From Cetorhinus maximus (Eukaryota), in assembly GCF_964194155.1 (NCBI RefSeq), contig NC_135899.1:11098001-11162000 (forward strand): DNA of 64,000 bases. The letters are read 5' to 3'. The position numbers and the translations under genes are program-made. Below are positions 12,915-26,031 of the stretch, one piece after another (position 1 is the first letter of the stretch; each line of letters starts with the position of its first letter). A model generated the notes under the pieces. It was not told where the DNA came from and made no database searches. It saw nothing but the letters and a program-made list of their open reading frames with translations.

Positions 12915-13150
12915 AGGCCTTGTGGCACAGCGGGTAGCGTCCCTGCCCCTGAGCCAGAAGTTCCAGGTTCAAGTTCCACTCCAGGACTTGATGGCTAAGG
13001 GAAGGTGTGCTAATATCAACTTGCAAATCATTCCAACGTACATCAATGGCAGGCATGGAAGAGCGGGAGAGATTCCTGGCCAGCCATGTGGTGGAAAGAA
13101 AGTTGGAGCCTCTACCATCACTAGCTATAGCTCAGGACTACAACATGCAT
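12915..13150 (+). mobile_element. tRNA-derived SINE, second family (another copy at ~40370-40610)
   Basis: A-box TGGCACAGCGGG and B-box GGTTCAAGT, with a body shared with the 40.4 kb copy. Confidence 0.6.
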
Positions 13151-14914
13151 TTGGCCACAGGAACTCAGACTGCCTGAGTGAACTGTAACACACTACAGCC
13201 AAAGCGCCAACACCAGAACAATGGGATGAATGGCCTCTTCCTGTGCTGTTGGATTCTGTATATAGCCCCCGTGATGAGATAATAATCAAAAGAACTGGAA
13301 TATTGAGTTTAACAAACTTCTCATAAAACTGCACATGAAATACAGGTCTCTCTCTCTTTTTATATCCATGCACACAACTGGAGAATCACTTCCAGTCCTA
13401 CCCGATATCCGTATTGCAAGCTTCAGTTTCCGTACTGTCTCTATCTGCACCATTCTTCCCAGATTTGCTACGTTCCCTTCTCCCGTATCCCGGCTCCTTC
13501 CCCCATTCTCTGTGCTGGCATGGGCCCAATTCAAGCCAGTCTCATACCATCTGTGCGGCTCCCCAACACACCCACTGTCCCTAGTTGCCCTTGAGAAGGT
13601 AGTGGTGAGCTGCCTTCTTGAACCACTGCAGTCCATGTGGTGTGGGTACACCCACAGTATTAATTAGGGAGGGAGTTCCTGGATTTTGACCCAGCGGCAG
13701 TGAAGGAACAGCGATATGGTTCCAAGGCAGGATGGTGAGTGGCTTGGAGGGGGAACTTGCATTTAATTTATTTTTATTCGTTCATGGGGCGTGGGCATTG
13801 CTGGCCAGGCCAGCATTTAATGCCCATCCCAAATTGCCCTTGAGGTAGTGGTAGTGAGCTGCCACCTTGAACAGCTGCAGTCCCTGTGCTGTAGGTACAC
13901 CCACAGTGCCGTTAGGAAATGAGTTCCTGGATTTTGGCCCAGCGATAATGAAGGAACGGCAATATCGTTCCAAGTCAGGATTTTGAGTGCCTAAGCTCGC
14001 TAACCCGCACCTACCCCCCCCCCCAACCCCCCCACCCCACATACTCTATTAGTTCCAATGTATTTTCACAGCATTGCTGATCAATTTACCAAAAGCTTTA
14101 TCAAAGAGGTGGATTTTAAGTGTCTTCAAAGAGGAGAGTGAGATAGAGAAGCAGAGAGTCGAAGGGAAGGAATTCCAGAGCTCAGCACCTGGGGAAACTG
14201 TGTGGATGTACCTACACCACATGGACTGCCGCAGTTTAAGGAGGCAGCTTGCCACCACCTTCTCAAAGGATGGGCAACAAATGCTGGGTTTGCCAGCAAC
14301 ATCCATATGCCATGAAAGAACGAAAAGGCAGCTGAGGGCACAGCCACCAATGGTGGAGCAAATGTAAATCGGAGATGCACAAGAGGCCACAATTAGAGGA
14401 GTGCAGATATCTTGGAGGGTTTGGAGGAGATTAGAGAGAGAGGGAGGGTGAGACCAAGGAGCGGTTTGAAAACACGAATGAGAATTTTTACAATCAACAC
14501 ATTTCTTGACCGGGAACCAGGGCTGGCCAGTGAGCACAGGGTGATGGGGGAACGGGACTTGCTACGAGTTCGGACACGGGCTGCATTCGAAGATTTGAGG
14601 TGACCGGTCAGCAGAAGCCGAGAGGTGGGTCCCCTTCCCTTCCCTTGCCCTGGGCAACAGAGTGGCTCTACCAACATAGGGTCAGGCAACCCGATCACTT
14701 GCCCAATAACACAAAGGGTCAAACCGCAAGCTCACTCCGGACAGGGAGAATCTCACCCGTGGGTGTAACCTCAACATCCTCCATCACCCCATCTCCCACC
14801 CAGAGGAAGGGGGTGCAAGTGTACATGGCAGCTCAATGGGCCCACCCAGAGCTCATGAAGGGGGCGAGACGGTATGAAATATTTTGGAGGTTAAGTTTTT
14901 TGAGGGGTTTACGG

Positions 14915-16010
14915 TTGAGGATTGGGGGCTTGGGGTTGAGGATTGGGGGGGGGGGGTTTGGGGTTGAGGATTTGGGGGGGGGTTTGGGGTTGAGGATTGG
15001 GGGGTTTGGGGTTGAGGATTGTGGGGTTTGGGGTTGAGGATTGGGGGGGTTTGGGGTTGAGGATTGGGGGGTTTGGGGTGGAGGATTGGGGGGGTTGGGG
15101 TTGAGGATTGGGGGGTTTGGGGTTGAGGATTGGGGGGTTTGGGGTTGAGGATTGGGGGGGTTTGGGGTTGAGGATTGGGGGGGTTTGGGGTTGAGGATTG
15201 GGGGGGTTTGGGGTTGAGGATTGGGGGGGTTTGGGGTTGAGAATTGGGGGGTTTGGGGTTGAGGATTGGGGGGTTTGGGGTTGAGGATTGGGGGGGTTTG
15301 GGGTTGAGGATTGGGGGGGTTTGGGGTTGAGGATTGGGGGGGTTTGGGGTTGAGGATTGGGGGGGTTTGGGGTTGAGGATTGGGGGGGTTTGGGGTTGAG
15401 GATTGGGGGGGTTTGGGGTTGAGAATTGGGGGGTTTGGGGTTGAGGATTGGGGGGGTTTGGGGTTGAGGATTGGGGGGGTTTGGGGTTGAGGATTGGGGG
15501 GGTTTGGGGTTGAGGATTGGGGGGGGTTTGGGGTTGAGGATTGGGGGGGGGTTTGGGGTTGAGGATTGGGGGGGTTGGGGTTGAGGATTGGGGGGGTAGG
15601 GGTTGAGGATTGGGGGGGGTTTGGGGTTGAAGATTGGGGGGTTTGGGGTTGAGGATTGGGGGGGGTTTGGGGTTGAGGATTGGGGAGTTTGGGGTTGAGG
15701 ATTGGGGGGGTTTGGGGTGAGGATTGGGGGGGTTTGGGGTGAGGATTGGGGGGGTTTGGGGTGAGGATTGGGGGGGTTTGGGGTGAGGATTGGGGGGGTT
15801 TGGGGTTGAGGATTGGGGAGTTTGGGGTTGAGGATTGGGGGGGTTTGGGGTGAGGATTGGGGAGTTTGGGGTTGAGGATTGGGGGGGTTTGGGGTGAGGA
15901 TTGGGGGGGTTTGGGGTGAGGATTGGGGGGGTTTGGGGTGAGGATTGGGGGTGTTTTGGGGTGAGGATTGGGGGGGTTTGGGGTGAGGATTGGGGGGGTT
16001 GGGATGGGGT
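14915..16010 (+). repeat. G-rich minisatellite, ~22-23 bp unit (GGGGGGGTTTGGGGTTGAGGATT), roughly 45-50 copies
   Basis: Directly visible tandem array in the predicted intron 1 of ZBTB copy 1, followed by a 12-bp GCTGGGTGTCTG repeat at ~16120-16220. Confidence 0.95.
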
Positions 16011-16439
16011 TTTTGGGGCAGTTTGAAGGGTTAATTTAGGGTTGGGGGTTAGGGTTTTTCTTGAGGGGGTTTGGGGCTCAGGATTTTGGGGGTTAGGATG
16101 AGGGTCGGGGATTTGGGGAGTGTCTGGCTGGGTGGGTGTCTGGGTAGGTGTCTGTCTGGCTGGGTGTCTGGCTGGGTGTCTGGGTAGGTGTCTGGCTGGC
16201 TGGGTGTCTGGTCGGTCTGGTCTCTCCCCTCCCGGATCCGTAGCGGCCCCTCCGGCCTCTTCCCCGTCCGCCGGGGCGAACCTCCGACTCGAGCTCCGGG
16301 GCTGCGGCCTAGGCTGGTGCGGGCGGCGGGGTTTCCCGGCCGCAGAGTGGGGGGCGGGGGGGATGGTGTTGGGTGAAGGAGGTGAAGCCCCGGGTCTCCC
16401 TCCCGGTCTTTTCCCCAGCCCCTCACCCCCGGGACTCAC

Positions 16440-16560
16440 CCGGCTCCCGGGCTCCGAGTTGCCGCAGTTCTCGGCGGGTGGCCGACCGAAACCCCGGGCC
16501 CCCAAACTCCCGGCGACAGAGGGGGAGGGCCGACCAGCCGCAGCCCCGGAGTTTCCACCG
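16440..16560 (-). other. ZBTB12: Putative non-coding first exon and CpG island of ZBTB12-like copy 1
   Basis: CpG-rich; G|GTGAGT donor at 16439; sequence is paralogous to 27740-27875. Confidence 0.65.
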
Positions 16561-17039
16561 ACTGGCACTGGATCTTTCTGTCACTGACTGGAGCATTCGA
16601 TCTTTTGTCACTGGATCTCACTGTCACTTGATCTCCATGTCACTAGAATCCTCTGGCAGTCGATCTACTGTCGCTGGCACTCGATCTCTCTAGCACTCTT
16701 TCTCCAGCTCTCTCTGCCACATTCTCTCTACATGGGTAGCTCTGGCATTCGGCCACAGGATCTCTTTGTCACTGCATCTCTGTCACTGGAACCCTTTGGC
16801 ATTCAATCTGCTGGCAGTGAAGATCTCTGTCACTTGATCTGTCACTCAGTCTCTCTGGCACTGGATCACTTGCTACTTCTCTCTGCTACTTTATCACTGG
16901 GTGGCCATGGAATTTGGCGACAGTGGCACTGGATCTCTCTGGCACTCCATCTCTCTAACATTCAATCCCTTTATGTTGCATTGGCACTGGATGTATCCAT
17001 CAGTGGATGTCTTTATCATTTTACAACTAGGTGACTCTG

Positions 17040-20030
17040 GCAGATAGAAACTAGGAGCAGGAGTAGGCTATTCGGCCCTCCAAGCCTGCTCCGCCATTCA
17101 ATATGACCATGGCTGATCCTCTATCTCAATGTCATATTCCCGCTTTCTCTCCATATGCATTGATACCCCTAATATCCAAACATTTATCAATACTTGGTGA
17201 CCCGGCCTCCACAGCCTTCTGTGGTAGAGAATTTCACAGGTTGACCACCCTCTGAGTGAAGAAACTCCCCCCATCCCATGTGCTTTAATTTTGCCAATTA
17301 GCCTCTTATGTGGGACCTTATCAAAAGTCTTCTTGAAATCCAAATACACCACATCCACTGGTTCTGCCTTATCTATTCGACTAGTTACATCCTCTAAAAA
17401 CTCCAGGAGATTAGTTAAGCATGATTTCCCTTTCATAAACCCATGCTGACTTTGTCTAATCCCGTTAATGCTTTCCAAGTGTTCTGTCAGCACGTCTTTA
17501 TAATGAACTCTAGCATTTTCCCCACTACTGGTGTTAGGCCAACTGGTCTGTAATTCTCTGTTTTTTCTCTCCCTCCTTTTTTAAATAGTGGGGTTACATT
17601 TGCCACCCTCCAATCTGTAGGAACTGTTCCAGAGTCTATAGAATTTTGGAAGATGACCACCAATGCATCCAATATTTCCAGGGCCACTTCCTTTAGTGTT
17701 CTGGGGTGGAGATTATCAAATCCTGGGGATTTTTCAGCCTTTAACCCCATTAATTTCTCTAGCACCATTTTTTTTACTAATACTGATTTTCTTCAATTTC
17801 TCCCTCTCACTAGACCCTTGATTCCCTAACATTTCTGGAAAATTATTTGTGTCCTCTTTTGTGAAGACAGAACCAAAATGTGTGTTCAATTCTCCTGACA
17901 TTTCTTTATTCCTCATTATAATTTTTCCCATTTCTGACTGTAAGGGACCTATGTTTGTCTTTGCTAATCTTTTACTCTTCACATATTTATAGAAGGTTTT
18001 ACAGTCAGTTTTTATGTTCCTTGCAAGTTACTCTCATACTCCATTTTCTCCTTCTTGATCAATCTTTTTGTCCATTTTTGCTGAATTCTAAACTGCTCCC
18101 AATCCTCAGGCTTTCTGCTTTTTCTGGCAATTTTATATGTCTCCTCTTTGGATGTAATACTTTCCCTAATTTCTTTTGTAAGTCATGGTTGGGCCACTTT
18201 TCCTGTTTTATTTTTGTGCCAGGCAGGAATGAATAATTGTTGTAATTCATGCATATGTTCCTTAAATATTAGCCAGTGTCTATCCACTGTCAACCCTTTT
18301 AGTAGGGTTCCCCAATCCACCATTAGCAACTCACGCCTCATACCCTCGTAATTCCCTTTATTTAGATTCAGGACCCTAGTTACAGACTCAACTTCTTCGC
18401 TCTCCATCCTAATGAACAATTCTATCATTTAATGCAAAAACAAAAATAGCTGGAAAAGCTCAGCAGGTCTGACAGCATCTGTGGAGAGGAAGACAGAGTT
18501 AATGTTTCGAGTCTGTATAGCTCTGTCTTCCTCTCCGCAGATGCTGTCAGACCTGCTGAGCTTTTCCAGCTATTTTTGTTTTTGTTTCAGATTTCCAGCA
18601 TCCGCAGTATTTTGCTTTTATCTATCATTTTATGGCTGCTCTTCCCCAAGGGACCCTGCACAACAAGATTGTGAATTAATCCTTTCTCATTGCACAATAC
18701 CCAGTCTAGGATAGCCTGCTGTCTAGCTGGTTCCTCAACTTATTGGTCTAAAAAACCATTATGTGCACACTCCAGGAAATCCTCCTCCACAGTGTTATTG
18801 CTAGTTTGGTTTGTCCAATCTATATGTAGATTAAAGTCGCCATGATTAAAGTTGTACCCTTATTGCGTGTGTCTCTAATTTTCTGCTTAATGCCTTCCCT
18901 TACATCTCCATTCCTGTTTGGGGGCCTATAGCCAACCCCCACCAACGTTTTCCACTCAAATAGATTCCACATCATGATTTTCCAAGCTAATATACTTCCT
19001 CACTATTGCATTGATTTCCTCCTTTACTAGCAATGCTCCCCCACCTCCTTTCCCTATCTGTCTTTCCTTCCTAAGTATTGGATACCCCTGGGTGTTCGGT
19101 TCCCATTCTTGGTCACCCTGCAGCCATGTCTCCGTAATTGCAACTATATCATAACCGTTTACATCTAAATGCACTTAGTTCATCTACCTTATTGCGAATG
19201 CTCCACGCATTCAGATACAATGCCTTTAGACTTGTCTCTTGAACCTTGTTAGTCATCTTAGCTTTATTTTGCACCATGACCCAATTTGTTTTACGCCCTT
19301 GTTTTTTCTGCCTTCCATTTTTGCTTCTTATTTTTGTCTTTTATTTCTATCCTTGTTTCCCCCTCCTCTGTCGCCCTGCTCAGGTTCCCAACCCCCTGCC
19401 ATTCTAGTTTAAACCCTCCCCGACTGCACCAACAAACAGCCCCCCCACCGAGGACATTGGTCCTGGTCCTGCCCAGGTGCAACCCGTCCTGTTTGTACTG
19501 GTCCCACCTACCCCAGAACCGGTCCCAATGTCCCAGGAATCTGAATCCCTCCAAAGTGCCATTTCTTCAGCCACGTATTCATCTGATATATCCTTTTGTT
19601 TCTACTCTCGCTAGTACATGGCACTGGTAGTAATCCTGAGATTACTACCTTTGAGGTCCTACTTTTCAGTTTACATCCTAACTCCCTATATTCAGCTTGT
19701 AGGACCTCATCCCATTTTTTCGTTGGTGCCAATATGTACAACGACCACTGCCTGTCATCCTCCCCCTTCAGAATGCTCTGCAGCCTCTCCGAGACATCTT
19801 TGACCTTGGCACCAGGGAGGTAACATACCATCCTGGAGTCTATTTTGCAGCCGCAGAAATGTTTGTCTGTTCCCCTTAGTATTGAATCCCCTATCACTAT
19901 AGCCCTGCTACTCTTTTTCCTCATCTCTTGTCCAGCAGAGCCACCCGTGGTGCCATGGACTTGGCTGCCGCTGCTTTCCCCTGGGAAGCCATCTCCCCCA
20001 ACAGTATTCAAAATGGTATATCTGTTAGAG
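17040..20030 (-). mobile_element. Long, internally deleted CR1 LINE (ORF1 SGNH esterase, ORF2 endonuclease/RT remnants)
   Basis: RAIVIGDSILRGTD...DGLHL (ORF1), YDIVAITETWL (APE endonuclease), QHGFMKGKSCLTNLLEF..VYLDFKKTFDKVPH (RT); frameshifted. It splits a low-complexity tcactggatctc-type tract (16560-17040 and 20030-20250). Confidence 0.9.
18431..18620. mobile_element. Short hairpin element (probably Penelope pLTR-derived) with a 10-bp TSD; related copies at 28522-28775 and 47864-47960
   Basis: ~64-bp near-perfect inverted arms at 18435-18498 and 18521-18584; TCTATCATTT duplicated at 18421-18430 and 18621-18630. Confidence 0.7.
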
Positions 20031-20564
20031 GATCCTGTTCCCACACTGACACCAGGTGGCTCCAGCACTCAATCCCTCTGGTTCTGAATCACTCTGGCAC
20101 TTGATCCCTCTGTCACACTGGAACTGGATAGATCTAGCACTTGAGCTTTCCAACACTCCTGCACTGGGTGGTTCCAGTGCTTGGCACATGATCCGTTTAG
20201 TGCAGAGCCATTTCAAATTGGATATGTCTGGTACTTGACACTGCATTCTACTGGCAACATTTCAACCCACACAATTCAGCAAAGATTTAGCCAACAAACC
20301 CACCTGTTGATTGTATTTTCATCCAACCCCTGACCAATTATCAAATTGGTAAATTTATGTTTCAGTAATTATTGTTAGATTAAAAGTTCTTTTAGTTGTT
20401 AAAATGGCAAGATGTGTTATTGGACTCCATGAATGAACTCTATCAGTAGTAGTCACAGCATCAGTCTTGGCTCAATTGCTGACAGACTTCACTCCAAGTT
20501 GCTGACTCATGGGTTTGAACCACAATTCCAGGAATTTAACACATCACAGAGGGAGGCACTGTAT

Positions 20565-23295
20565 TGGTAACAATCCTGTTCTCACCATGTATGAGGTTAG
20601 TAACAATCCTGTTCTCACCATGTTTGAGGTTAGTAACAATCCTGTTCTCACCATGTTTGAGATCAGTAACAATCCTGTTCAGTTTCTGATAGTAGTAAGA
20701 ATCCTTTTCTCACCGTGTTTGAAATGAGTAACAATCCAGTTCTCAACGTGTTTGAGATTAGTAACAATCCTGTTCTCACCATGTTTCAGGTTAGTAACAA
20801 TCCTGTTCCGTGTCTGAGATCAGTAACAATCCTGTCCTCACCGTGTTTGAGATTAGTAACAATCCTGTTCTCACTGAGTTTGAGGTCAGTAACAATCCTA
20901 TTCCATGTCTGAGATTAGTAACAATCGTGTTCTCACTGTGTTTGAGATTACAGAATCACAGAGTGCAGAAGAGGCCCTTTGGCCCATCGAGTCTGCACCG
21001 ACACATGAGAAACACCTGACCTACCTACCTAATCCCATTTACCAGCACTTGGCCCATAGCCTTGAATGTTATGACGTGCCAAGTGCTCATCCAGGTATTT
21101 TTTAAAGGATGTGAGGCAACCCGCCTCCACCACCCTCCCAGGCAACGTATTCCAGACTGTCACCACCCTCTGGGTAAAAAAGTTTTTCCTCACATCCCCC
21201 CTAAACCTCCTGCCCCTCACCTTGAACTTATGTCTCCTCGTGACTGACCCTTCAACTAGGAAGAAGAGCTGCTCCCTATCCACCCTGTCCATGCCCCTCA
21301 TAATCTTGTACACCTCGATCAGGTCGCCCCTCAGTCTTCTCTGCTCCAACAAAAACAACCCAAGTCTATCCAACCTCTCTTCATAACTTTTCATCCCAGG
21401 CAACATACTGGTGAATCTCCTCTGCACCCCCTCCAGTGCAATCACATCCTTCCTATAATGTGGCAACCAGAACTGCACACAGTACTCCAGCTGTGGCCTC
21501 ACCAAGGTTCTATACAACTCCAACATGACCTCCTTACTTTTGTAATCTATGCCTCGATTGATAAAGGCAAGTGTTCCATATGCCTTTTTCACCACTCCAC
21601 TAACATGCCCCTTCACCTTCAGAGATCTATGGACACACACGCCAAGGTCCCTTTGTTCCTCAGAACTTCCTAGTGTCATGCCGTTCATTGAATACTTCCT
21701 TGTCAAATTACTCCTTCCAAAGTGTATCATCTCACACTTTTCAGGGTTAAATTCCATCGGCCACTTATCTGCCCATTTGACCATCCCGTCTAGATCTTCC
21801 TGTAGCCCAAGACATTCAACCTCACTGTTAGCCACCTGGCCAATCTTTGTGTCATCAGCAAACTTACTAATCCTACCCCTCACATAGTCATCTATGTCGT
21901 TTCTATAAATGACGAATAATAAGGGACCCAGCATAGATCCCTGTGGTACACCACTGGACACTGGCTTCCAGTCACTAAAGCAGCCTTCTGTCATCACCCT
22001 CTGTCTCCTACAACTAAGCCAATTTTGAATCCACCTTCTCAAATTACCCTGTACCCCATGTGCATTTGCCTTCTTTATAAGTCTCCCATGTGGGACCTTG
22101 TCAAAGGCTTTGCTGAAATCCATATAAACTACATCAACTGCACAATCCTGTTGCGTGTCTGATATTAGTAACAATCCTGTTCTCACCATGTTTGAGATTA
22201 ATAACAATCCTGTTCCCGCCATGTCCGAGATTAATAACAATCCTATCTGCGTCTGAGATGAGGGAGAATCCACTTTACATGTTTGAGATTTGTCACAATC
22301 TTTGAGAATAGTAACAATCCTGTTCCCATTGTGTTTGAGATTAGTTGTGTCTGAGATTAGTAACAATCCTATTTCCTTATCTGAGATTATTAAAAATCCT
22401 GTTCTCACCATGTTTGAGATTAGTAACAATCCTGTCCCCCCACAACCTTTCTGAGATTAGTAACAATCCTGTTCTTTTTTCTGAGATTAGTAACAGTCCT
22501 GTTCCCATCGTGTTTGAGATTAGTAACAATCCTTTTTCTGTGTTTGAAATTAGTAACAATCCTGTTCCATGTTTGAGATTAGTAACAATCCTGTTCCCAT
22601 CGTGTTTTAGATTAGAAACAATCCTGTTCTCACCATGTCTGAGATTAGTAACAATCCTGTTCTGTGTCTGAAATCAGTAACAATCCCCTTCCCACCGTGT
22701 TTGAGATTAGTAACAATCCTGTTCCATGTCTGAGATTAGTAGCAATCCTGTTCCCACCGTGTTTGAGATCAGTAACAATCCTGTTGTCACCGTGTTTGAG
22801 ATTAGTAACAATCCTATTCCGCCTTTGAAATTAATAACAATCTTGTTCTCACCGTGTCTGAGATCAGTAACAATCCTGTTCCCACCATGTTCGAAATCAG
22901 CAACAATCCTGTTCCCAAGTCTGAGATTAGTAATGATCCTGTTCTATGTCTGAGGTTAGTAACAATCCTGCTCCGTGTCTGAGATTAGTAGCAATCCTGT
23001 TGCCACAGTATTTTAGATTAATAACAACCCTGTCCCCTCTCCGTCTGAGATTAGTAACAATCCTGCTTCCCCTGCATCTGAGATTAGTAACAATCCTGTT
23101 TCCCACCGCCATGTTTGAGATTAGTAACAATCCTGTTCCCACAGTATTTGAGATTAGTTATGATCCTGTTCCCACAGTATTTGAGATTAGTAACAATCCT
23201 GTCCCCCCTCTATCTAAGATTAGTTATGATCCTGTTCCCACAGTATTTGAGATTAGTAACAATCCTGTTCTTCCCCCCATGTCTGAGGTTAGTAA
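20565..23295 (+). repeat. Minisatellite GAGATTAGTAACAATCCTGTTC(+variable), ~28-33 bp, split by a CR1 insertion
   Basis: Directly visible tandem array. Confidence 0.93.
20950..22141 (-). mobile_element. Young 5'-truncated CR1 LINE (open RT C-terminal ORF plus 3' UTR)
   Basis: Stop-free DVVYMDFSKAFDKVPH...GVPQGSMLGPLLF..FADD...to the terminal stop at 21029; a near-identical 3' copy is at 58585-58920 (+). Confidence 0.92.
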
Positions 23296-23589
23296 ACATG
23301 CGTGATGACAAAGTTATCAGGCAATAAGAGGGATTATGAAATTTGATTTTATTCGATAAACTGTCAAAGATCGTGCCCAATATTATCATCAGAGCTGAAA
23401 TGAATAACCACCACAAAATTGCCTAAAAACTACACATTTAATCTTTTAAATGTAAAAAGAGTTATTGAGAGCTCAACATGCAAAACACAAGTTCACTAGA
23501 TGGATTTGCAGTGTTACTGGGAGCACACAGTTCATTCTCAGCAAGGAGGGCAGCAGAACAGACCTGGTCCGATACTGACCAGGGTCAGT

Positions 23590-24410
23590 TACCTGCTCAA
23601 CTCTCATTGGAAACTGATTTAGCCACAGGAAAGCAGGGGAGTTACGCTCAGCCTGTATTAAATGCAGGTTGGGCCCCAGCTGGGGGATTGTGCCCAGCTC
23701 TGAGCCCTGCACTCTGGGAAGGATATCAAGGCCTTGGGGAGGTTGCGGAGGAGATTTACGAGAATCCCAGGGATGAGGAGCTTCAGTTGCGTGGAGAAGC
23801 TGGGGCTGTTCACCTCGAAGCAGAGAAGGTTAAGCGGAGATTGAATAGAGGCGTGCAAAATCGCGAATGGTTCTGTTTCAGAGTAACCGAGAAACTGTTT
23901 TCAGTGGCAGGAGCGTCGGTAGCTGGTGGAGACAGGTTTGAGGTAATTGGCAGAAGAGCCAGAGGTGACATGAGGAAATGTTACTTCAGGCAGCGAGTTG
24001 TTGTGACCTGGAATGCACGGCCCAAGTGGGTGGTGGAAGGAGATTCAATAATTTAGAAAAGAGAATTTGATTCTATAACATTTAAAAAGTATTTGGATCT
24101 GCACGTGGTGCTGTAACCCACGTGGCTACAGAGCAAGAGCTGGGAAGTGGGGTTTGGCTGGATGGCTAGGAGCCCACATCACAGAATTTTAACAGCACAG
24201 GAGGCCATTCGGCCCATCGTGTCTGCACATGATGGACTGAATGCCAACCTTCCATGCTGTAAATGTCTATGCTTTCTGTGAATAAGGAAAAACAGAAGAA
24301 TGACGGGGAAAGAGCAGGGGAGCGGGATTAATTGGGTAGTTCTACCGAAGGAGAACTAGCAGAGCCACGATGGACCAAATGGCCTCCCGTTCTGTCTGAT
24401 TCTACCGGCT
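23590..24410 (+). mobile_element. Degenerate CR1-like 3' fragments
   Basis: KLFSVAG...RGDMRKCYFRQRVVVTWNA peptide and CR1 tails. Confidence 0.7.
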
Positions 24411-24789
24411 GTGGTGTGGCTCTGGATTCGATTGATCAGCGCGTCACAAAGCCTCAGTGGCTGTGGGAGACCTCCAGGAGAGTCCATTGATTGTAACGGG
24501 CTGGAGGTTCTCATCCTCAGAGCCCTGGGGAGCAAATCGCAGTGGCAACTTCAGGGGTGTGGGAGGGGACCGGGCAGCAAGTGACCTCTGCCCATCACCT
24601 GTGCCCAAATCAATAGGGCAGTTGAAGAGGGAAAAGGGCGAAGGTGGCAGAGAGAGAGAGGGAGAGGGTGCTTGTGTTTAGTGGGGTGGGGAATTTACAG
24701 TTGGCGTTTGTGGGGCATGTCTGTTGTCAGCGAGTCAAGGATGCCCCTCCTCCTCTCTCTCGCCCGCGCCCCCCACCCCCTCACACAGG

Positions 24790-26031
24790 CTAGGGCACCA
24801 CCACATTGATCTCGGCCAGCTTGCTCTCGGTGGAGTTCTTGCCGGTGGTCTTGCCGTGCTGGTCGCGCAGGTGGACCCGCAGGGTGTTGTAGTGGGTGAA
24901 GCGCATGTCGCAGTAGTTGCAGCAGTGGGGCGAGTCTCCGCTGTGCACGTTCATGTGGTCCTTGAGTGAGCGGTTCTGGGTGAAGGTCTTGCCGCAGATG
25001 GCGCAGCAGTACGGCTTGAAGCCGGTGTGCACGTTGATGTGCTGGGCCAGCCGCGCGTTCTTCTTGAAGACCTTGCCGCACAGCAGGCACATGTAGAGCT
25101 TGTGGACCACCATGTGGGCTGCCAGGTGCTCGCGGTGCTCGAAGGGGGCGCCGCACTCGGAGCAGCGCACCGGCTCCGGGCGCCCAGGCACCTCCCCCCT
25201 GGCGCCCGCGGGCGGCGGCGGCGGCTCTTCCCCCGGCCGGTAGAAGCCACCATAGAAGCCGCCGCTGCGGCACTCCTCGCTGGCCGAGCTCTCGTAGTCC
25301 TCCTCCTCCTGCAGCTCCTCCTGCACCACCACAAAGCCCTCGTCCTCCATCCCCTCGGCTTTGGCACGCTCCGGGTAGCCCGAGGCGCCTGGCCCCTCGC
25401 AGCCCCGGCTGCCCTCTACCGTGGAGTGGATGCGGCAGTCAGTCTCCAGGTAGGCAGCCGCGCCTTCCTGCTCGCCGGGGAGAGCTGGGTGGGCTGGATC
25501 GGACTCCACCTTCACCGGCTCGCCTCCGGCCACCACGCCCTTGCCGGCTGGCCAGCCGGGCAGGCTCTCGGGCTCGGGCCGCTCCGAGGAGCTGGCGATC
25601 TGCGGGGTGCCTGGACGCCCCTCCCCTTCCCCCTCCTCGGTGATCAGCGAGGCCACACAGGGCGACAGCGACTGCCGGCACTTCTCCACCACGTGCTCCA
25701 TCTGGAGGCAGCTGGCGGCAGTCAGGTAGTCCACGATGTCACGGAAGGGGAACTCCAGCCTCCCAGTGTAGCACGAGAGCAGCAGCTGCAGGACCACCTC
25801 CGAGGCGGCCATGGGGAAGACCTGCACCTCCTGCGAGGGGTTCATGTGGAAGCGGTCCCTCAGGAAGGGCGAGCAGGCCGCCAGCACCACCCGGTGTCCC
25901 GGGAACCGCAGCCCCCCCACCAGGATGGTCACGTCGCAGAACCACTCCTCCAAACGCAGCTCGTTCATCTTCTTCATCGTTACCCCATCGTGCTCAGGGA
26001 ATTGGAACTGCAGCAGCTTCCCAGTCGCCAT
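24790..26031 (-). CDS. ZBTB12: ZBTB12-like BTB plus 4 C2H2 protein, copy 2 (413 aa)
   Basis: [37 protein letters not shown] domain; four fingers; C-terminus LAEINVVVP; ccctttcag acceptor at 26044-26043 just upstream of the ATG. Confidence 0.9.
   Translation of the reverse strand: MATGKLLQFQFPEHDGVTMKKMNELRLEEWFCDVTILVGGLRFPGHRVVLAACSPFLRDRFHMNPSQEVQVFPMAASEVVLQLLLSCYTGRLEFPFRDIVDYLTAASCLQMEHVVEKCRQSLSPCVASLITEEGEGEGRPGTPQIASSSERPEPESLPGWPAGKGVVAGGEPVKVESDPAHPALPGEQEGAAAYLETDCRIHSTVEGSRGCEGPGASGYPERAKAEGMEDEGFVVVQEELQEEEDYESSASEECRSGGFYGGFYRPGEEPPPPPAGARGEVPGRPEPVRCSECGAPFEHREHLAAHMVVHKLYMCLLCGKVFKKNARLAQHINVHTGFKPYCCAICGKTFTQNRSLKDHMNVHSGDSPHCCNYCDMRFTHYNTLRVHLRDQHGKTTGKNSTESKLAEINVVVP

Noticed and set aside
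12915-12985. tRNA-like A/B boxes (also 37095-37175 and 40375-40435)
   Set aside because: These are SINE heads without a complete cloverleaf.
14853-16568. 571-aa proline-rich ORF
   Set aside because: Read-through of a G-rich minisatellite and CpG island; the frame drifts with homopolymer length.
21029-22429. 466-aa RT ORF as a domesticated gene
   Set aside because: The N-terminus is satellite read-through and the rest is a 5'-truncated CR1.
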